Source: a virus. Taken from it: a DNA stretch of 64,000 bases. The stretch spans positions 6,562 to 70,561 of the IMG/VR virus record IMGVR_UViG_3300025778_000016. One strand, given 5' to 3'. Positions 60,601 through 64,000 of the stretch are shown here, in pieces. The notes under the pieces were generated by a model, which did not search any database, was not told the origin of the DNA, and worked only from the letters and a program-made list of their open reading frames with translations. Within the stretch, counting starts at the first letter, position 1. The number at the start of each line of letters is the position of its first letter. The translations under genes and the position numbers were made by a program.

Positions 60601-61227
60601 CTAAGAGTACAAGATCCTTCTGGTAAAATTATAAAAATTGCTGTATTTCCCGATGTGGAAACAGGTAGAAAAGCACATGAAGCTTTGCTTAAAGAAAAGT
60701 ATGGAAATCTTAACATTGCTGATGCTGTATCATATTACACTGAAGGGGTAACAGGAGGAAGCCACCCTGAGTTGGCAAATATAATAAGAGATATACAAAA
60801 GGAAACTGGAGCAAAAATCACAACTAAATTAGGAGATTTGAATAAAGATCAATTTAGTAAGTTTGCTCAAGTTCAAGAAAAATGGGAAGGTGGTCAAACC
60901 CCAGGTAAAGTACTGGGTATGGGTGGCATTACTGATGGCATAAGCATTGCTGGCGAAGCAGGCCCAGAAGCAGTTGTTCCATTGCCAAACGGTCGTAGCA
61001 TACCAGTTGAACTTACGGGTGATAAGACAGAAAAATTAACAAAACAAGATATGGAAAATATCATACAACCAGTGTTTAATAACAGCGAATTGACTAGAGC
61101 AATGCAAGAATTAGCAAATCAAAACAAAACACTTAATAATACCTTTTCAGCAAAATTAGACACTGTGATAGCAAGATTAGAATCAAGCAATTCTTTACAA
61201 GACAAATTGTTAAGACATTCTATATAA
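57655..61227 (+). CDS. tail tape measure protein with a possible C-terminal muralytic domain
   Basis: Long helical Ala/Leu/Gln-rich N-terminal part with Gly-rich hydrophobic segments, an RANNPGDI lysozyme-like motif, and the GGI...AGEAGPEAVVPL tape-measure motif. Confidence 0.75.
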   Translation: MAGENLNESTEKLTETQNEASAAAKTLAEELLKLSKVSSKSTNQLKAEQLTAESKLKLEQDVAKVTAQLSNGLNQVVNGVNTLVGSLKSFGNALDSAGYDLSKFGGAIQQYITGVYQLIPQTEAIGRITNNLAGAAGELYSSYLKQIDNTYKAYGSLSKFGEGAEITLGQFKLMANAAGYNAANMDKFTKAITDIGPGLLSFGGTVRTGVAAFSDLNSLIGDHGDAVQKDIDHYRKLGLEQDEYLAMQGQALNYFLKSGQTIYSIVGEQQDRTTALRKASNEYIDQLYELANITGKNVSDLQKSREQVLANTQYQLYLTQQNAQVETLRRSGRDQEADALQRRLESITNTLTVAKDYLSPERFAALQRGFATQGQYYGNNPEAVAGLLGLVPNLTELIRNSDPQKVLATLGEASQRRAEGPVGAGGTFLEDKTLTALGIDAGSLELGRQIKNAGGIENFLEQRKPKPGTETEQEKTDIAIDSLNAYKDQMRDLGVYFDDNKLAMANQLIHLANISQTMGGLLYVAELSLGVLTAIRSLEAVNALTGGKGLSGLFGKGAEGLLGGAKGALGKAGMAAGALAVGYGLYEGFKDDDDDDNTGQSTGNIPGMPSMGMGQNLGSDVTGTALNMIGLKPIGGSMPGGVVPNIPLPRLNQQQRQVNEQKTKLEENTKQNEKQLKEIKDTSDESWGVWFHKHKEFLEDAAISGSLAIAAGVVEGASFGLATPVAAALGTASLYYGGQALAEGAKDLGKDIKQNRRAADQRDQKANAASSNTPEAIIAQKIKNPKYNQTVFYKGKAYIYKQGRWWPADAAQATIAAGSKDLSTLQKNQYTSLELSDTASVGESAARGTSNLPSITTATLPNASVTTDTSTERRSQVGLDSANMLTSLVQIQKNTETTAHELADIYDIVNDWYIKTAVDTAMPTGGAGGGVSGGGKNKDLGDVAKIGGKTRSGGGIAWRANNPGDITAGATAEKLGALPNQSLRVQDPSGKIIKIAVFPDVETGRKAHEALLKEKYGNLNIADAVSYYTEGVTGGSHPELANIIRDIQKETGAKITTKLGDLNKDQFSKFAQVQEKWEGGQTPGKVLGMGGITDGISIAGEAGPEAVVPLPNGRSIPVELTGDKTEKLTKQDMENIIQPVFNNSELTRAMQELANQNKTLNNTFSAKLDTVIARLESSNSLQDKLLRHSI

Positions 61228-61231
61228 TTTA

Positions 61232-61238
61232 CTAAATA
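61232..61238 (+). promoter_or_regulatory. putative late promoter (CTAAATA)
   Basis: In a 19-nt gap, 8 nt before the portal ATG. Confidence 0.6.
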
Positions 61239-61246
61239 CTTAACGT

Positions 61247-63070
61247 ATGGCACATAAACGCAAATTTTTAAACAAAGCAGGTACCAGTAGCCCAATTTCG
61301 GGTATTAATAGCAATACTGGCGCATGGAATAGTAGTCCAGGACAAAATGGTTCAAGCACTGGCGGTTGGAATAACACTGACTTTGGTTATAAAAATTATA
61401 TGTCACGACTTCCTGAAGTCTATACAGGACATCCTAATCGTATTGAACGTTATAACCAATATGAAATGATGGACGTTGACGCAGAAATTAACGCATGTTT
61501 AGATATTCTTGCTGAATTTAGTACACAGAAAAATCAACATAACAACACTCCATTTAACATTAATTTTAAAGATGATCCAACAAATCATGAAGTTGAATTG
61601 TTAAAACAACAGTTACAACAATGGAGTAAACTTAATGAATTTGATGTGCGTATCTTTAAGATTTTCCGTAACGTTGTTAAATACGGAGATCAGGTCTTTG
61701 TTCGTGACCCAGAAAACTTTAAACTATATTGGGTTGATATGGTTAAAGTTATTAAAGTTATTGTAAACGAAAGTGAAGGTAAACTACCTGAACAATACGT
61801 AATTAAAGATATAAACATCAACCTACAGAATTTAAGTGTAGCACAAAAAACAAACACAGACTTTGCTGCTAACCCAGCAACAGGCTTAGGTGGTAGTGGT
61901 GGCGGAACAAACACACCATATACAGTTCCGGCTATGCCATATAACACAACAGGTAGCCGTTTTACATTGGGACAAAGTGAAAGCGCAGTAGATGCTAAAC
62001 ACATTGTTCACTTAAGTTTAACAGAAGGTCTTGACAGATTCTGGCCATTTGGTCAAAGTATTTTAGAAAACATTTTTAAAGTCTACAAACAGAAAGAATT
62101 ACTTGAAGACGCGGTTCTTATCTATCGTGTACAACGTGCTCCAGAACGTAGAGTATTTAAAATTGACGTAGGTAACATGCCAAGTCACATGGCTATGGCA
62201 TTTGTAGAACGTATTAAGAACGAAATTCACCAAAGACGTATTCCAAGTTTATACGGTGGACCAAGTATTGTTGACGCAAGTTATAATCCATTAAGTATGA
62301 ACGAAGATTACTTCTTCCCTGTAACAGCAGAAGGTCGTGGTAGTAGCGTTGACTTATTACAAGGCGGTCAAAATCTCGGCGAAATTGATGACTTGAAATA
62401 CTTTAATAACAGACTAGCACGTGGCTTACGTGTTCCAAGCAGCTACTTACCAACAGGCCCAGATGACAATACTACTCCAATGAATGATGGTAGAGTTGGC
62501 ACAGCCATGATTCAAGAATTTCGTTTCAATCAATATTGTGAACGTTTACAGAATTATATTTCATTGAAGTTAGATGAAGAATTTAAATTATTCTTGCGTT
62601 GGAGAGGCTTTAATATTGATAGTGGATTATTTCAAATAAGCTTTAATCCTCCACAAAACTTTGCTAGCTATCGTCAGGCTGAAATGGATACTGCTCGTGT
62701 TAATACTTTCCAAACAGTAGAACAATATCCTTATATTAGTAAACGTTTTGCAATGGAAAGATTTTTAGGCTTGACTGAAGAAGAAATTTCTAAGAATGAA
62801 AAATTATGGCGTGAAGAAAACGAAAAAGAAGTATTGGACACAGCAAAGGGTAAAGACTTACGTAGTATTGGTGTCAGTGTTGGCGACATAGAAAGCGACA
62901 CAGAAACAGCAGATAATATAGAAAACTCACCAGAAAATCAAGAAGGTTTAGGACCTGAAAATGTAGCAGGTCCAGTAGGTACAGCTCCAGCTGGACAAGC
63001 TGGCGCGGCAGCAGGCGCAGCAGGCGCACCCGCAGCAGGTGGATTAGCAACACCTGGCGCAATTGGATAA
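61247..63070 (+). CDS. gp20: portal vertex protein, T4 gp20-like
   Basis: LEDAVLIYRVQRAPERRVFKIDVGNMP, EDYFFP and LGEIDDLKYF...LRVPSSYL. Confidence 0.97.
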   Translation: MAHKRKFLNKAGTSSPISGINSNTGAWNSSPGQNGSSTGGWNNTDFGYKNYMSRLPEVYTGHPNRIERYNQYEMMDVDAEINACLDILAEFSTQKNQHNNTPFNINFKDDPTNHEVELLKQQLQQWSKLNEFDVRIFKIFRNVVKYGDQVFVRDPENFKLYWVDMVKVIKVIVNESEGKLPEQYVIKDININLQNLSVAQKTNTDFAANPATGLGGSGGGTNTPYTVPAMPYNTTGSRFTLGQSESAVDAKHIVHLSLTEGLDRFWPFGQSILENIFKVYKQKELLEDAVLIYRVQRAPERRVFKIDVGNMPSHMAMAFVERIKNEIHQRRIPSLYGGPSIVDASYNPLSMNEDYFFPVTAEGRGSSVDLLQGGQNLGEIDDLKYFNNRLARGLRVPSSYLPTGPDDNTTPMNDGRVGTAMIQEFRFNQYCERLQNYISLKLDEEFKLFLRWRGFNIDSGLFQISFNPPQNFASYRQAEMDTARVNTFQTVEQYPYISKRFAMERFLGLTEEEISKNEKLWREENEKEVLDTAKGKDLRSIGVSVGDIESDTETADNIENSPENQEGLGPENVAGPVGTAPAGQAGAAAGAAGAPAAGGLATPGAIG

Positions 63071-63072
63071 TA

Positions 63073-63080
63073 GATAAATA
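63073..63080 (+). promoter_or_regulatory. putative late promoter (GATAAATA)
   Basis: In a 15-nt gap, 5 nt before the ATG at 63086. Confidence 0.65.
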
Positions 63081-63085
63081 GTTGT

Positions 63086-63316
63086 ATGAAACTCACAGAA
63101 ATGTTTGACCCACCAGTAGCAGGATTTCAGGATGTCAATGTTGACAACAGCAAACCTACCTGGCGAACAAGCAGAAAAACTAAACTTACACTTAAACAAA
63201 TTCGCAAATTACGTAGAATGTTAGATGTGAGAAATTATGAAAAGAAAGATTATTTAAAGAAAGTTCGTAGTCAATATGGAGCTAAACCAGCAGAAGGCGC
63301 AGCCCCAACATTATAA
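63086..63316 (+). CDS. small basic head-region protein
   Basis: RKTKLTLKQIRKLRRM basic helix, directly after the portal gene and a late promoter. Confidence 0.75.
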   Translation: MKLTEMFDPPVAGFQDVNVDNSKPTWRTSRKTKLTLKQIRKLRRMLDVRNYEKKDYLKKVRSQYGAKPAEGAAPTL

Positions 63317-63317
63317 T

Positions 63318-63539
63318 ATGAAGATGTATCAAACAAATCCTGTACTGAACGAACAGAAGATAACAAAAAACCTAAATGAATCATCTATTAAAAGAATAGA
63401 AAAACTAGAAAGCAAAGTAAGTCAATTATCTGAGCAAATCAATAAAATTTTAGCGCTTGTAGAAGATAATCGCAAAACTACTCGTAGACAAGCTAATGAC
63501 ATAGATAAGGTCAGAGTAGCAGTCAATAAGCAATTATAA
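63318..63539 (+). CDS. small coiled-coil hypothetical protein
   Basis: In-frame ATG at 63318, 1 nt after the previous stop, is preferred over 63276. Heptad pattern IEKLESKVSQLSEQINKI. Confidence 0.6.
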   Translation: MKMYQTNPVLNEQKITKNLNESSIKRIEKLESKVSQLSEQINKILALVEDNRKTTRRQANDIDKVRVAVNKQL

Positions 63540-63600
63540 TACCATTTAATCCAAAAACGTAAAAAAAACGACTATATTGAGTACTTTTTTGAGATACTCA

Positions 63601-63607
63601 CTAAATA
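63601..63607 (+). promoter_or_regulatory. putative late promoter (CTAAATA)
   Basis: Intergenic motif upstream of SD AGGAG and the ATG at 63643. Confidence 0.6.
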
Positions 63608-63642
63608 AATCTACAAAGCCATTCACTATTAGGAGAAATTCA

Positions 63643-64000
63643 ATGAATAACAAAAAATGGGAACAACTTATTGATTTAGTTATCAATGAGGATAATGAAA
63701 AAGCAAGTCAATTATTTCACGAAATCATTGTAGAAACATCACGCCATGTTTATGAAAACATGATGGATGAAGAAATGATGGGCATGGAAGAAGGCATGGA
63801 CATGGAAGAAGACATGGACATGGAAGAAGGCGGTATGGGCGGACAAGTAGGTGATCTACTTGACGAAATTAACGCTGAAGAATCAGGCATGACCGAAGGT
63901 GAAGAAGAAAGTGCAGTATTCGACTTATCTGGCGACGAACAGGGCGACATGAGCGATGAAGAATCAGCACATCACGATATTGAAGATCGTGTAGTTCGCG
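63643..64000 (+). CDS. acidic prohead core/scaffold-type protein (runs off the window end; absent from the ORF track)
   Basis: SD AGGAG and MNNKKWEQLIDLVINEDNEKASQLFHEIIVETSRHVYENMMDEEMMGMEEG...; very acidic. Lies downstream of portal, where T4-like phages place core proteins. Confidence 0.75.
   Translation, partial: MNNKKWEQLIDLVINEDNEKASQLFHEIIVETSRHVYENMMDEEMMGMEEGMDMEEDMDMEEGGMGGQVGDLLDEINAEESGMTEGEEESAVFDLSGDEQGDMSDEESAHHDIEDRVVR

Noticed and set aside
54139-63950. Short ORFs antisense to gp46, gp26, tape measure, portal and core genes (e.g. 57624..57845, 61690..62004, 63750..63950)
   Set aside because: They are shadow frames of well-supported genes. 63750..63950 lies opposite the real ORF starting at 63643.
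1-64000. Stop-codon reassignment as seen in some jumbo phages
   Set aside because: Coding density is near complete with code 11, a 19-kb ORF is uninterrupted, and TAG (916, 38506) and TGA both end genes at tight junctions.
1-64000. Cellular or eukaryotic giant-virus origin
   Set aside because: gp20 portal, gp55/47/46, gp6/25/53/5 homologs, SD sequences and a sigma70 promoter indicate a T4-like tailed bacteriophage.
1-64000. tRNA genes
   Set aside because: No cloverleaf with a GTTCRA T-loop was found in the few intergenic gaps long enough to hold one.

Overview
AT-rich window from a large T4-like (jumbo) myophage genome read in the standard genetic code. It contains no cellular housekeeping genes, tRNAs or CRISPR arrays. 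Minus strand, 1-13.6 kb: a sugar-modification island with a nucleotide-sugar dehydrogenase, about five glycosyltransferase-like genes, an SGNH-type enzyme and five consecutive radical SAM enzymes. Minus strand, 13.6-50.5 kb: tail fibre and baseplate genes, including a giant protein of about 6,450 aa and gp6-, gp25-, gp5-, gp53- and gp48/54-like genes. Plus strand, 50.6-56.1 kb: late sigma factor gp55, gp47/gp46 recombination nuclease, another radical SAM enzyme and a Holliday-junction-resolvase-like nuclease. Next come a ~460-nt non-coding region, a gp26-like gene (minus), and tape measure, portal and prohead core genes (plus). Best observations: (1) a GC-enriched, ~370-nt multibranched candidate structured RNA starting at the nuclease stop codon, followed by an AT-rich tract and two GAA-triloop hairpins; (2) a -1 ribosomal frameshift cassette (U UUU UUC plus a 13-bp stem) that would join the gp26-like gene to an unannotated 76-aa extension; (3) the glycosylation/radical SAM island under late-type promoters next to tail fibre genes, with a hidden 31-aa ORF; (4) near-leaderless late transcripts and face-to-face late promoter pairs. 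All calls come from reading motifs by eye; no database searches or folding programs were run.
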